NCBI RefSeq assembly: GCF_028641065.1
Contig: NC_073400.1
Location: 20,274,001-20,338,000, forward strand
Direction: 5' to 3'
Origin: Leucoraja erinacea
Lineage: Eukaryota
Length of the DNA: 64,000 nt
A program made the position numbers and the translations under genes. The notes below the pieces were generated by a model that saw only the letters and a program-made list of their open reading frames with translations, was not told where the DNA came from and did no database searches. Positions 27,318 to 39,848 of the stretch are shown piece by piece. Numbering within the stretch: position 1 is the first letter of the stretch; each line of letters starts with the position of its first letter.

Positions 27318-28958
27318 CTGGGGAGAGATCAGGGAGGTGGGGGGGGGGGGGAGGGAGGAGAAAGAGAAAAGGGTGGGGAGAGCAAAAAGAGGGAGAGGAG
27401 AAAGGAAAGGGTTGAGAAAGAGTGGGAATAGGGTGTTAAATGAGCGTTGGGTAGGAGTGGAAAGGGGATGGAAATTGAGGGGGAGGAGACAGATAGTGTG
27501 AATAGAGAGGGATGATGGAGTGGAGGAGAGGGAGAGAAAGAGAAAGAGAGACAGAATGAGAGAGAGAATGGGATTATAGGTAAAGGGAAGAGAGAGAGAA
27601 CATGGACGTGAGAAGCAATGGAGGAAGGAGGAGAAAAGGTGATAAGAAGAGAGTTGGAGGGAAATAGGGAGATGGGATGAGGAATGGAAACATGTGTAGA
27701 TAAAGATAGAAGGATGGGGAGAGAGAGTGTGGGGTGACAGGGGTGGGGGAATGAGAAAAGGGGAATATTTAGGGAAAGTGAGAAAGTGGTGGAATAAAGG
27801 ACAAGGGGAGTGTGGGGTAGAGAGATTAAAGTGAGGGATAAAGAGAGATTGAGGGTGGGAGAAGAGGGATATGGAGAATAATATAAGAAAGATAATGATA
27901 TAAGATAATCCTCACCCACTATTTCACCCACTTCCTCTCCCATTTCCCCCTTTCTCATTTCCCTTCCCCCTCTGGAAGGGCCTGGAGAAGGCCAACATTC
28001 TGGATTGTGGCTTTGGCTGAGGGGCATTGTGCAGTATGACGATGAGGAAAGGTGGGGGAAGAGAAGCCTGCAGCTATTGGGGAGATGAGACTGAAATCAT
28101 GAGCTCTGGCTTGGTAAGAGAGAGGATAAAAGTATTAGGGCCTCATTTTAGGCTGAGGACTGGAGAGATGTGACAACGCTCATCAGGCCTGAGCTTGAGA
28201 TGTGGGAAGTCTGGTTGCTAAGTTGGAGTTTGGAGGGGTGCTGATGAAAGACCTTAGGCTTGAGACTGATGGGAAAGGACCCAGGCTTTGCCCAGAGGAA
28301 AAAAAGCAGCTTGAGCCTGGTGTGTGTGTGTGGGGGGGTGTGTCTTCATTCACGTGCTTCCCGCATGGGTGTTTACACATGTGCCTGTGCAATAGGAGAG
28401 AGGAAATGAAGTGGAAGGAGAAGCCTAGACCATCGTCCAGTAGAGGAAGAGTTCTAGCATGTAAACATGACCATGCCAGTAGAGGGATCGGGAAGTACAC
28501 AGGCCTGAACTGAAGATCTGAGTTTGCTGCACAAGATCCGGCCTCAATTTAATGCTGAAACCTGCTTGAGGTCGGGAGTTAAGATAGTGAGGAAGAAGGG
28601 AGAGAGAGGCCTGGGGTTTAGGCCTGAGGGATGGGCAGGTTGGGAGTTTGACATCTGGGTCTTTTGCTGGAGGTTGTTGGGAGAATGTAAGGGAATCCTG
28701 GAGCTTAGGCCTTAAAGTAGTAAGGCTGAGGGAAGAGGCCTGTGGCATAGGCCAAAGCAAGCTTGTAGAAGGTGGAGTCCTGGAATAAAGATCAGAGCCC
28801 TCAAGGATGATGAGGTGGAAAGAGGCCTAGAATTTAAGTCAAGCTCAACTGGGAATAAAAAGGGACACAAGGCAGAGTAAAGTTGGATGGGACAAGGCCC
28901 CAGGCTTGTGACGACAGGGGGATGGTGCAGTCGGAAGGAATGCAAAAGGAACATTTAC

Positions 28959-29018
28959 CTTGGTCAAATCTGTCCCGTATTTACGGCTCAGCTCATCCAG
29001 CGACAGCTTGTGATCTTC
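28959..29018 (-). CDS. ATP1A2: ATP1A2 exon 3
   Basis: 60 nt; EDHKLSLDELSRKYGTDLTK. Confidence 0.95.
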
Positions 29019-29582
29019 CTGATGGAGCAAAGAGAGAAGGTTAGAAGGTCATTCGCAAAATCTGGAACTTGAGGAGCCTGTTAATCCTGTCAAGCAATTA
29101 GATAGGCACCAGCGGAGGCCACTCGGTCCTTCCTGTATTTTCGGCCTCATCAAGAAGAGGCCGTTCGGCTCATTTGGAGGCTGTCAGGCAGAGTAGCAGG
29201 AGGTCCATCCATCCTCGAGCCTGGCACACAGGGGCAGGAAGAGGCCATTCATTTATTTCTGCTATCCCTGTGGGATGTTGCACTGCGCATATTGACCACA
29301 TTAGCACTGGAACTTCTACAAATACAAATGGTCAGATTAGCCCCAGCTCCAATCCCAAGGCAGTGAGCCGCTCATTAGATTGCGCTGGCATCACGCGACA
29401 GTGGAGAGGGTGCCAAACCAGCGTGACACATCGACATTGGAAATCCTCATTATATTGCTGTTGATGAAGAATTAAGTCATGGCTACCTAGTTTCCAATTG
29501 AGTAGTAAACATAGGTGAAAAGAATGAAGAGACATTGGGAAGCAGGTGGGGTTTTGAGGAAATAGGGGAGAGGTCAACTCAC

Positions 29583-29678
29583 CATGGACACCTCCTTTTT
29601 AAGCTCATCCATGTCTTTTTTAACCTTTTTCTTCTTCGGACTGTCGGAGGATTCCGTGCTGGTATATTCCCGTCCATC
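29583..29678 (-). CDS. ATP1A2: ATP1A2 exon 2
   Basis: 96 nt; cag|DGREYTSTESSDSPKKKKVKKDMDELKKEVSM|gtgag. Confidence 0.9.
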
Positions 29679-29799
29679 CTGAGAGAGAGAGAAGGAAGGA
29701 AGGAGGGGTGGGTGTAATGGTCCCAAAACAAATCACCTCCACTGGCACCGCAATGCTGAACCTATGCCCACTAACCAATCCCAGGTAACAAGGTAGGAC

Positions 29800-31450
29800 C
29801 TGCCATGGAATGATCGGTGAAGGAGCGCTGTGTGTGGGACAGGCAGCGAGGGCACGCTGCACCGATGGAGGGGCAGTGGGGGAACGCCGCATGAGGGGCA
29901 GTGTGCGGCGTTCCCGCGGGAGGGGCGGCAAAGACTGTGCCGAGGGAGGGGCGTGGAGGGAATGGCACATCAAGGGAGGGGCGGTGAGGAAATGTCCTAC
30001 CGAGGGAGGAGTGGTCATGGAATGCCGGGTCGAAGGAAGGGCTGTGAGGGAGTCTCCATGGCATTGTGGCCGTGGGAGAGATGGTAAGGGAGTGTCACGT
30101 GAGGGCTGGTCAGGTTGCAGCTTGGAGGGAGGAGTGGTGGGAACGCCACGAGCGGGGCAGTGAAGGATTCTGGTGGATGGAGTGGTGCAGGAGATGTGAT
30201 GAGGGTGGGCCGTGGAAATAGTGAGGGAGCGAGGTGGGAGTGGTGAAAAGGGAGCGCTGTGGGAGGGGTGATGAGGAGTTGCCACAAGAGAGGGGGGGGG
30301 GGGGGGGGGGGGGGTAAACATGATATTGTGGGAGAGACATAGTGTGATTGCCGCAGGAGGGACAGTGAGAAACACTGTGGGAGGGGTGTTGAAGGAGCGT
30401 AGGTAGAAGGAAGGTGAGGGAGTGCCATGCTGAGGAGTGAAGGATCGCTGCAGTGAGGGTTGGTGAGGGAACACAGTATGGGGGGTAGTAAGTGTGGGGG
30501 AGGGGCATTGTGGGAGCAGTGTTGAGGGAGCGATGTGGAAGGGAAGTTGACGGAACCACCTCGCCGGTGAGACAAAGCTGCAGGAAGTCTGCATGGGAGC
30601 GCAGCAGGGGTGCTGTGAGGGAAAGCAGCGGGAGGGGCGGTGAGGGAGCACCAGGGAGGGTGATGAGTGAACGCCACATGGCGGAAGACATATTGAGGGA
30701 GCACCAGATTAATGAAGGAGGGATGAGGGAACGCCGCATGGACTGTGGTGAGGGAGCGCGGTGGGAGGTGAGGTGAGAGAGCGTTGCGCTGAGTGAAGGA
30801 TGTTGTGGCTGATCTGTGAGAGGAAGGGGCAGTGAAGGATTGCTACTGTAGGATGGTACACACTGTCACGTGAGGAGCATTAAGGGAGTGCCGTGGGAGG
30901 GGTGGTGTCAAGGGAGGGTGGTCTTCTTCTTGCGCATGGTGTGCCCACCCTAAAGTTGTAGCACAACTTGTTCTATTTGATCTTATTTGATTGTGCACGC
31001 CAGGTTCATTGCATTCGTTGAAACAGGGCGGACCACGTGAAGGTTGCGATCTCCCACCCCAAGGGAGGGTGGTGAGGGAGTGTGGCAGAAGGTGTAGTGA
31101 GGGTGTGCGTGAGATAGCCATTGGGAGAATGCCAGGGGAGTAGCATTGAGGGAGCACCAGGGCGAGGGAGAGACAATGAGGCTGGGCCGTGGGAGGTCTG
31201 TTAGGGCTTGAGGGATGGGGCGTGGGGAACGATGTGGAAGTGCCATGGGAGGGAATGCAGTGAGGGGGTACCGCCAGATGGGGAGTGATGAAGCCCCACT
31301 GAAGGGGCAGCGAGGGAGCACCGAGGGAGGGGTGGTGTGCAATCTCTGCAGGAGGAGCAGAGAAGGAGCTCCTCGAGTGGGGTTGTGAATCATCCCTGTG
31401 GCTGGGTCGGAGGGAGCCCTGTGGGAAGTGCACAGAGGGAGATCTATGGG
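29800..31450. repeat. Degenerate G-rich minisatellite (gtgagggagcgccatg-type, ~30 nt)
   Basis: Many GAGGGA(G/A)CRCC units; a complementary-strand version occurs at 47950-48330. Confidence 0.55.
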
Positions 31451-32935
31451 TGCATGGAGAGAGGGGGTGACAGGGAAAGAGGGGGAAGGGAGAGTAGAGA
31501 CACGGATGGGGGATCGGGAGATAGGGGTAGAGAGAATGGGTAGAAGAGGGAAATGGGGTACCAAGAGAGTGGGGTGGGTGGGGATAGGGAGATTGTGTGA
31601 CTGGGAAATGGGGGAGGGGAGGGCAGTGAAGACCAGAGGGAGAGGGGTGCACCGGGAGAGCATGGAACAGGGAGTGGGAAGATTAGGAAGGGGGGTCACA
31701 GGGAGAGCACAGCTTCCCCAGCCTGTAGGAAAGCTGGTCTGATCTATTGGAAGTCCTGGGAAAGTTGCTTCGCAGCAGGTCCCATGAGCCCTGCCCTCTG
31801 AGTGCTGCTGTCAGATTTGTTTAACCCTCAAACAGGAGGACGGTTGGAGGCCGTTGAATGATCAAACAAGTCCTGTTTACAGCTGGGCTGAGGAACGGTT
31901 CCCGAAGCAGCTGCACAGGCAGCTGTGGGGCGCGGCCACTCACGGGACTGGAGCCGGGTTTGGGATGTAAACACCTTCCCCAACGTCTGTGTCCTTGCCT
32001 GGGGACACACCTGGAACCTCCCGAGCACCACCACCCCTCTCCGCCTATCCCCAGCAGCGAGCAGATCAGGCAGAGAGAGGCGAGGATTGGGAGAGGGGAC
32101 ATGAGGAGAGGGATGGGCGCAGGGAGAGAGGGGCCAGATCAGGAGAAATACCCATCAAGGGGTTAGCAGGAGCATGAAGGGCAGAGGCAAAACGACTACC
32201 CACTCCTCCCTTCCCCATCGCCTTTTGCCGTCTCTCCCTCTTTCCCTCAACCTACACCAATCGCACCCTCTCTCGCTGCCTTATCCATCTCTTTCTCCCC
32301 TCTCCCTACCCCATTACCTCACCGCCCTCCTCTACTTACCCTCCCCCTCCACAGGGATTAGCATATCACTGGGATCAGAGCCCAGCACCCAGTGTTGGAG
32401 TGGAATTGGTGGAAGCAATTTCCCCTCCATCTCCAAACGACCTGCCAACCATGTCTGCTTGTTTGTGTGTGTGTATGTGTATGTGCTTGTCTCACTGTCT
32501 GTCTATGTGTGTTTACATCTTTGTCTCTGTCTCTGTGTTTGTTTGTGTGCGTGTGTGTATTATTGTGTGCTCCATGACTTTGCCTCTGTGTGTATGTGCC
32601 TGCAGCTCTGTTTGTTTCTGCCTGTGTGTCTGTGGCATTATGTGCGTCTGTCTATATCTGTGTTTGATGTGTGCCTTTATGTGTGTCTGTCTGTCTGTCT
32701 GTGTCTATGTGTGTGCGCCTCTAGTATGTGCACCTCTGCCTTGTATGTTGATGTGTCTCAGTCCCTTTCCGTGCATCGTCCATTATTGTCTATGTGTGTG
32801 TCCCTCTCATTTTCTTTCCCTCTCTCTCATTCAGACATGAAGGGAGTTGTTAATATTACTGCCCAATCTCTGAACTCATTAATTCCGCACAGATCCCCCG
32901 ATGGCCCTTTCTTTCTCTCTCTCTCTCTCCCGTAT

Positions 32936-33145
32936 NNNNNNNNNNNNNNNNNNNNNNNNNNNNNNNNNNNNNNNNNNNNNNNNNNNNNNNNNNNNNNNNN
33001 NNNNNNNNNNNNNNNNNNNNNNNNNNNNNNNNNNNNNNNNNNNNNNNNNNNNNNNNNNNNNNNNNNNNNNNNNNNNNNNNNNNNNNNNNNNNNNNNNNNN
33101 NNNNNNNNNNNNNNNNNNNNNNNNNNNNNNNNNNNNNNNNNNNNN
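32936..33145. other. Assembly gap (210 N) in ATP1A2 intron 1
   Basis: Run of n. Confidence 1.
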
Positions 33146-34154
33146 TGCACCCACACCTGAGGATTACTGTGTGAGGCCAGCGCAGTCCCCTTTCACAGCC
33201 CCATTCTGCGTGAGTCGGCTTCTGAGAAATGTTCAGCTATCGTCACAAAGCTGCTCCAGTTCCACTGAAACGTTGTTCACAAGGAGTCTCACATGAGAGG
33301 GGAATCGATGCCCAGAAATATGCTTCCTCCCAAGAGTAAACATGCCCTCTCTCTCTTTCTTTCTGTTTCCCCTCACTTTCTCACCCCAACTCTTATTCTT
33401 TTACCAGTTGTCTCTCTCTCTTTGCCTCTCTCTCACTCCCTATCTCTCTTTCCCGTCCTTCGTTTATTTTCTCAAAATCTCCCTCATCTCTCCCTCCTGC
33501 TTCCTATGTTCCTATCTCTCTACCTCTTCCCACTCAATCCATTTCTCCCCATCTCTCCCGACTCTCTTTCCCTCTTCCGCTCCATTAACATCTAGTCTCT
33601 CTCTCTCTCTCTCTTCTTCTCTCCTCCTCACCCCTCTCTCCCGTATCCTCTCATCTTTTCCCATCTCTCTCTCTCTCTCTCAGACCTTCCCCTCTTTCCC
33701 CCCTTTCCCCCTCTTACTCTCCCTGTCACTTTATTTCCCTTTCTCTATGCCTCTGTCTTGCCATCAACTGTCCTAGAGAAACAGCAATAGGCAAAGGGAT
33801 GAAGAGGCGGACAGAGAGATGAGGTGAGAGAGAATGGTCAACGATGAGCCGACTCCCTGATTTAGCCCCCACCGCCACAGTTTCCATCAACGATGATTCT
33901 CACCGCACCTCTGCCATCCTCCTCCTTTCTCTCTCCCTCCCACCACCAACACCCGGCAGGACCCAGCCATTCGACACCACTTCTCTCAGCATTTCCAGAC
34001 TTCGGAAACTTTGGGAACAGTTGGTGGAGATCAGAACGTTGTTCTGTTGCCTGCTTTGTACTTGTACCCTGCACCCGCGCTGAAGTCACATCTCGATTGC
34101 TAACCGTCCTTCCACCCTCACCCCCATCCCGTTTCCCCCACATGGATCACTCAC

Positions 34155-34166
34155 CCCCTTCGCCAT
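34155..34166 (-). CDS. ATP1A2: ATP1A2 exon 1 (coding part, MAKG)
   Basis: acaATG GCG AAG GGG|gtgagt: good Kozak context, 12-nt phase-0 exon like the MGRG/MGKG exon 1 of ATP1A genes, strong donor, promoter motifs just upstream. Confidence 0.8.
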
Positions 34167-34359
34167 TGTACGTAGCTGCAAACCGGTGGCAAAATGCTTA
34201 ACGGTGACGGAGTTTAAGGAAGAGCTGACGGAGCTGAATCAGCAGCCCTTGCTGTTTGCCTGTTGCTGTCTGTCACAGAGGGCTCTCCCTCCCTCCCTCC
34301 CTGTCTCTCTCACGCTCTCTCTCTCGCTCTTCACTCTGCACTCCCTCTCACTCTACACT

Positions 34360-34470
34360 GCTCATTTAAGGGAACGGGTATTCTCAGCTTGGCCAATCAG
34401 ACAGTGCCCACCTCGATGTGTGGGACTGACACACCTAGCCAATCACTGGGCCAGGAATCCTACCGCCCAT
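34360..34470 (-). promoter_or_regulatory. Probable ATP1A2 core promoter
   Basis: TATA-like TTAAAT (minus strand, ~34364-34369), two GCCAATCA NF-Y boxes (34393-34397, 34439-34443), GC box ccgccc 34463-34468. Confidence 0.55.
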
Positions 34471-34661
34471 TCAGTTTGGGAGGAGCCGGGGTGATGGTCA
34501 GGGGTGTGTGGAGAGAGTTGTCCTCTTTCTCCCCCTTTATCTCCTTCTCCTTCTCTCTCTCTCTCTTTATCTCTCTCTCCTGTCAGTCCTTTTCCCTGTT
34601 TCGCTGTCTCATGTTTCGCTTGTTCATTCTCTCTCTCTGTATCAGTTGATTACTGTTTCTG

Positions 34662-34755
34662 TCTGAAGAAGTTTCTTTCTCTCTGTCTGAAGAAGGGGTT
34701 TCTCTTCAGAGATGCTGCCTGTCCCGTTGGGTTACTCCAGCTTTTTGTGTCTATT
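34662..34755 (+). mobile_element. Degenerate Penelope-terminal short repeat
   Basis: ctgaagaag twice, then gatgctgcctgtcccgttgggttactccagctttttgtgtcta. Confidence 0.55.
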
Positions 34756-35390
34756 CTCTTTCTGATTTTCCCTCTGTACCTCCTTTATTCACCCCACCTC
34801 TGTTTTCATTCCTCTCTCTGCCTCTCTCTGTTATTCCTTCTATGTTCTGGTCATTCTCTCTCTGGCTCCACCCCATACCCATATCTCTCATTGTCTCTCA
34901 CAGTTAGCAATTTAAAGTGTTTTGTGTTTATGGGAGTTGTGCTTCAGGTGCTATCTGTTTAGTTTCTGGTTAATCTTTAGATTGAAACCTTTGGTAAGCA
35001 GCCCTGCCAGCCCTGAGAGCAAGTTAGATCCCACATCAGCATCATCAGTAACCCCTCATTGTCCAATGTAGTGAAGTAGGAGGAGGAGGGGGGGAGGAAG
35101 GGAGAGAGCGGGAGAGCGAGGGAGCGAGAGAGCGAGGGAGCGAGGGAGCGAGGGAGAGAGAAAGTCGAATTTATAATCAGACTAGACTAAGTGGGACCCG
35201 TTGGGTCCCATGCTCACACGTGAGGGCTGGTCCCCCAATGCAATATTCCACCTCTCCACCAATTTCAATATTGGCGCCCAGTGGGGGAAGGGGGGGGGGG
35301 GGCTTTCTGGAATACTCGTATGGGTGTTGTGAGCTGAAGGGACTGGTTTCCAGGGGGCTAGTATGGACGTTGAGGGCCAAATGGATTCCT

Positions 35391-35517
35391 GGGCTGGCAG
35401 CTCAGTCACTCAGGGCTGGTGGGCAGGCAGCTCAGTCACTCAGGGCTGCTGGGCTGGCAGCTCAGTCACTCAGGGCTGGTCAGTCACTCAGGGCTGGTGG
35501 GCTGGCAGTCACTCGGG
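35391..35517. repeat. 30-bp tandem repeat (gggctggcagctcagtcactcagggctggt), 3 full plus 2 partial units
   Basis: Directly visible. Confidence 0.9.
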
Positions 35518-35562
35518 GTTAGTCGTCTGGCAGTTCACACACGGCTATTCCTTGCAATTCCA

Positions 35563-35685
35563 TTTCAAGCAGAGTGCAGGCCACCAAACTCAATTTCATA
35601 GCATTTCAGGCAGAGTGCAGGCCACCAAATTCAATTTCATAGCATTTCAAGCAGAGCATTTCAAGCAGAGTGCAGGCCACCAAAT
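35563..35685. repeat. ~40-bp tandem repeat (tttcaagcagagtgcaggccaccaaa...) x3
   Basis: Directly visible. Confidence 0.85.
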
Positions 35686-38600
35686 TGCCAAACAACTCAT
35701 TGCATTATCATTAAGGGCTAACAAATAATTTATTGCAAGTACATTGCAGACTCACAGTTCAGTTGATTCACAGCTTAGAATCACAGTTGTGGACTCTCCC
35801 TTGCGATCTTCCAGCATGACTGACTCACGTCCAGGCATCCGAGGTTTTATAGTCCTGCCCCCCTTCATCGTGGTGATTGACAGGCAAGAGGACCAATCAG
35901 CTGATCACAAGTTTTTAAATATTCATAACTTTTTCATTTTTAATCGATCGGAAAACTCCTCAGGGCTGCCTCAGCGGAGGATGACTGTGAGTAAAATGGC
36001 CAAAAATCATAGCGATATATAGTAGCGTTATTTCTAAAATCAATATACAGCGCAGACAGGAAGTGGTCAAGATGAGACTTTTAGTTATATAAATGAACAA
36101 GTATGGTGAGATCCATGTGTAATGGAATCTTGCTTGTAGCAGCATCACTGGATAGAATCAGACAAACACAGAAAAACAAATTATACATGAATTATGCTGA
36201 CAGTCTATAAGTTGGTGAACTACATTAGTGTAAAGCTACACAATTAGAAAACAGCTCCATGGTAGTGAAAGACATAGTGTTCACTGCCGTGGTAGGGTTG
36301 GAATTACGCAGGTCGGCTCAAGAACATGATAGTTGTAGGAAAGTTTATCTTCCTCAATTTAGTTGTGAGGGTCTTCAGATACCTCCTGCCTGACAGTAGC
36401 CGTGAGAAGAGGGCATGGCCCGGATGATGGGGTTTCTTGATGATAGATACTGTGCTGGATAGGCTAGAAGGAAGGGAGATGGGCAGGGATGTGGGGAGAT
36501 GGCGAGGAAAAGGGACAGATGGGTATGGGGCAAGATAGAAAGAGGTAGGAGTGAGGGGGAAGGGGAGAGAAGGGAGCAGAGATGTAGGAGATTGAAAAGT
36601 GAAAGAGGGAAGGAATGAATTAAAGGAAGAAGTGTCAGAAAGAGGAGCGGTGGGACAAGATGCAGGACAAGGGGAATTCAGATTCAGGTTAGCTTCACGT
36701 AAAATGTCCTCTGTCTTGGGCGCTGGATTGGGTACGGGGAATGGAGAGGAAGGGAAAACGGGGATAGAGACAGGAGATAGACAGGGAGAGCGAGAGGGAG
36801 AGTGGGAGAGGGAGAGAGGAGAGGGAGAGGGTGAGGGAGAGGAGAGGGGGAGGGGGAGAGGGGAGGGGGAGAGGGGAGGAGAGGGAGAGGGGGGGGAGAG
36901 GGGGGGGAGGGGGAGGGAGAGAGAGATGTAGGAATGGAGACAGGAATATCACAGATAAACAGAGAGAAACAGATTGATGGAAACATTTCAGAGAGACAGA
37001 GATAAGGTGAGCAAATATTTATCAATGCTCTAAGCAGAATCTGAGAGTGTGTGTGGACCTTGCCCCGGTGAGGAGCACAACGTCTCACTCTCATCGTGGT
37101 CTGAACTATATCTGTCCACCCAATCTGAAACATGTCTGAAGCTGAGCAGGGCAAAGACAAATGAGAGTTTTATGGTGTATTTTCTTTTCTAATCACCCTG
37201 CCATATGCCATTTCCCACCCTCAACATATGTCTCTTTCCATTGATCTCCCTCTTGCTCCGCTGACTTCTTTCCCCATTGACACATTATCTCTTTTTCTCC
37301 CCTTCATCTCTCCCTCTCTCTCCCCCCCCCCTGATTTCCTCTTTCTCCCCGATTGTGTGTCTCTCTTTCTCACTTGACTCACCCTCTCTCTTTTTCCCCT
37401 GACTGTCTCTTCTGACTCTCTCTCTCTCTCTCTCTCGTCTCTCTCTCATGCACTTGTTCTCTGTAAAATCATGTCTCTCTTTTTCCACTTTTTTTTGTCC
37501 CTGTCTCTTCCTTTCCCTCTCTCCCTCCATCTATTTACCTTTATTTCTTCCAACACTCTCTCTCTCTCTCTCTCCTGTCTCCCCGCTCATTTTTCCATCC
37601 CCTCGTTCTACTGTCTCTCCCTGAACCCCACTCTCTTTCTCATGCGCTTTTCTTGGTCCCTTTCCTCAATCTCTCTCTCTCTCCTGCCCCACCCCCTCCG
37701 TCTCTCCACAATTGCAGAGTTTAGTTTTCAGACTACGACGGAACAGTTGGACATGATGTGGAGAGCTCTGAAAGGGCTCCTTCATTCCTGAGTGCGTGAA
37801 CAACAGGCTTAAGTGAGTTCACACAAGCACAAGTAACTGGCAGCGTGCCCAGACACAGGATGGGTACTAGAGGACATTTGAAGGTCACTGAGCAACAGGG
37901 GAAGGGAAGTTGTGTGTGTGTGTGTGCGAGAGAAATGAAAAATAGGGAATGAGAGACAGAGGAGAAAGATAAGAGAAAAAAGAAATAGAGCGAGTGAAAC
38001 AGAGAGTGGGACTGAGACACACCAGTCAGTGTGCAGGTCTGACAAAAAAATAGTCGGTGTGCAGATATCATAAAACATAGAACAGTACAGTGCAGGAACC
38101 GACTTTTTAGCCCAGAATATTGATGCCAAAATTGATGCCAAGTTAAACTATTCTCCTTTGCTTGCACGTAATCCATATATAGTATCTTCATTCCCCGCAT
38201 ATTCGTGTGTCTAAAAACGTCTTAAAAGACTAACGTATCTGCCTCTATAAACACCCCTGGCAGTGGTCTCCAGGCACCCACTACTTTGTAGAAATAAACT
38301 TGTCCTAAACAAATTCTTTAAACATTGTCCCTCTCATCTTAAAGCTATGCCCTCTGGTCATTGACACTTCTACCTTGGGGGAAAAAGGTTTTACTGTCTA
38401 CCCTATCTCTGCCTCGTCATCAATGCCTCACATAATGTTATATACTTCTACCAGGTATCTCTTCAACCTCTGACATGGCAAAGAAAACACCCATGGTTAT
38501 CCAAAAATCTCATTGGAGTTAATACCCTCTAATCCTGGCAGCATTCTGGTAAACCTGCATTCTTTCCGAAGCCAATATGACTTCCTGTGATGGATTGACC

Positions 38601-39099
38601 AGAACTGCACACAATACTCCAAAGTCTTATAAAGCTGCAATACGACTTCCTGACCCTTATACTCAATGCTACAACTGACTACTCTGTCTACTTGTGTGCC
38701 ACTTTCAGAGAGCTATGGAAAGATTTAAAGGTTACCTGAGCGGTAACCTTTTTTACACAAAGGGTGGTGGGTGTATGGAATGAGCTGCCGGAGGAGGTTG
38801 AAGCAGGTACTATCGCAAATGTTAATCAACATTTAGACAGGTACATGCCTAAGATAGGTTTAGAGGAATATGGGCCAAAAGCAGACATGTGGGGTGGGAT
38901 GTGTAGATGGGTGTGGGCATGTTGGGCTGAACGGCCGTCACCACGGATCCCATGCATCTTAATATTCTGGATCAGCCTACCCTGGGCACTTTATCAAATG
39001 CTTTACCACAATCCATCTAGACAGTCTCCAAGGCCCCACCCTCATTGATCACCTTCATCACCTCTAAAAAACTCATTGAAGTTTGCAAGATATATTTTT

Positions 39100-39315
39100 T
39101 GAGAGAGGAACTGGACTGAGAGACAATGTACAGATATTCCTCTGAGAGTAAGGGGACTAAGAGACAATAGTCAGTGTATAGATATCCCCCTTAGAGAAGG
39201 ACTGAGAAACACTAGTCAGTGTGTAGATATCCCCCTGAGAGAGAGGGACCGAGAGGCATCAGTCAGTGTACACATATCCCCCTGAGAGTGATCAACAAAG
39301 AGACTCAAGTCAGTA
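39100..39315. repeat. ~46-bp minisatellite (gagagggactgagagaca.tagtcagtgtacagatatccccct), about 5 units
   Basis: Directly visible degenerate units; further units at ~39550-39660. Confidence 0.75.
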
Positions 39316-39316
39316 G

Positions 39317-39543
39317 ATAGACACAAAAAGCTGGAGTAACTCATCGTGTCAGGCAGCGTAACTGGAGAAAAGGAATAGGCGACGTCTCGGGTTGAGACCC
39401 TTCTTCAGTCTGAAGAAGGAACTTGACCTGAAATGTCAGTCTAAAGAAGGGTCTCAGTCCGAAAGGTCACCTATTCCTTTTCGCCAGAAATGATACACTG
39501 ATCATCTTAATTTTAAACCAGCATCTGCAGTTCCTTCCTACAC
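39317..39543. mobile_element. Inverted plus tandem Penelope-terminal repeats (three hammerhead-like cores)
   Basis: Centre CCTTCTTCAG-T-CTGAAGAAGG (39399-39419); one minus-strand core and two plus-strand cores. Confidence 0.75.
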
Positions 39544-39848
39544 AGGCACTCCAGTATACAAGCATTGTCCTGAGAAAGAAAGAAAGAGAGATTGAGTGTA
39601 CAGATATCCAACTGAATGGGACTAAGAAATTGCAGACAGTGTACAGATATTCCCCTGAGAAAGGTAGGGATTTGGATTCACCGGGCTACCGATTAGTTTG
39701 TGTGTAGGGTGAGAGAGAGCTCGGGAGAGGCAGGGGGGATTGCGGTGTGGATCATGGGGGTAGATAGAGAATGGGAAAGGAACAGGGTGGATAGTGCAGG
39801 TGAACAAAGAATGAGATTGTATGGAAGTGGTGGAAGGAGCAATAAATG

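Larger units (their letters stand above)
35182..36093 (-). mobile_element. Non-autonomous Helitron-like element (~0.9 kb) with internal minisatellites
   Basis: Minus strand ends in an 8-bp hairpin TGGGACCC-AAC-GGGTCCCA then CTTAGT-CTAG|T, and starts A|TTTATATAACTAAAAG (canonical is TC). No TSD. Internal 30-bp and ~40-bp tandem arrays. Confidence 0.7.

Noticed and set aside
29620-32840. Long ORFs of 200-340 aa (e.g. 29620-30651, 30843-31652, 32174-33160)
   Set aside because: Pro/Ser/Leu- or Cys/Val-rich translations of minisatellite and (GT)n sequence in ATP1A2 intron 1; no domain, and stops are scarce for compositional reasons.
33862-34143. ORF MWGKRDGGEG as ATP1A2 exon 1
   Set aside because: It lies just inside intron 1; the MAKG|gtgagt exon at 34155-34166 has the right size, phase and Kozak context.
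35391-35685. Repeat arrays as a possible CRISPR
   Set aside because: Head-to-tail tandem units without unique spacers, inside a eukaryotic transposon; no cas genes.
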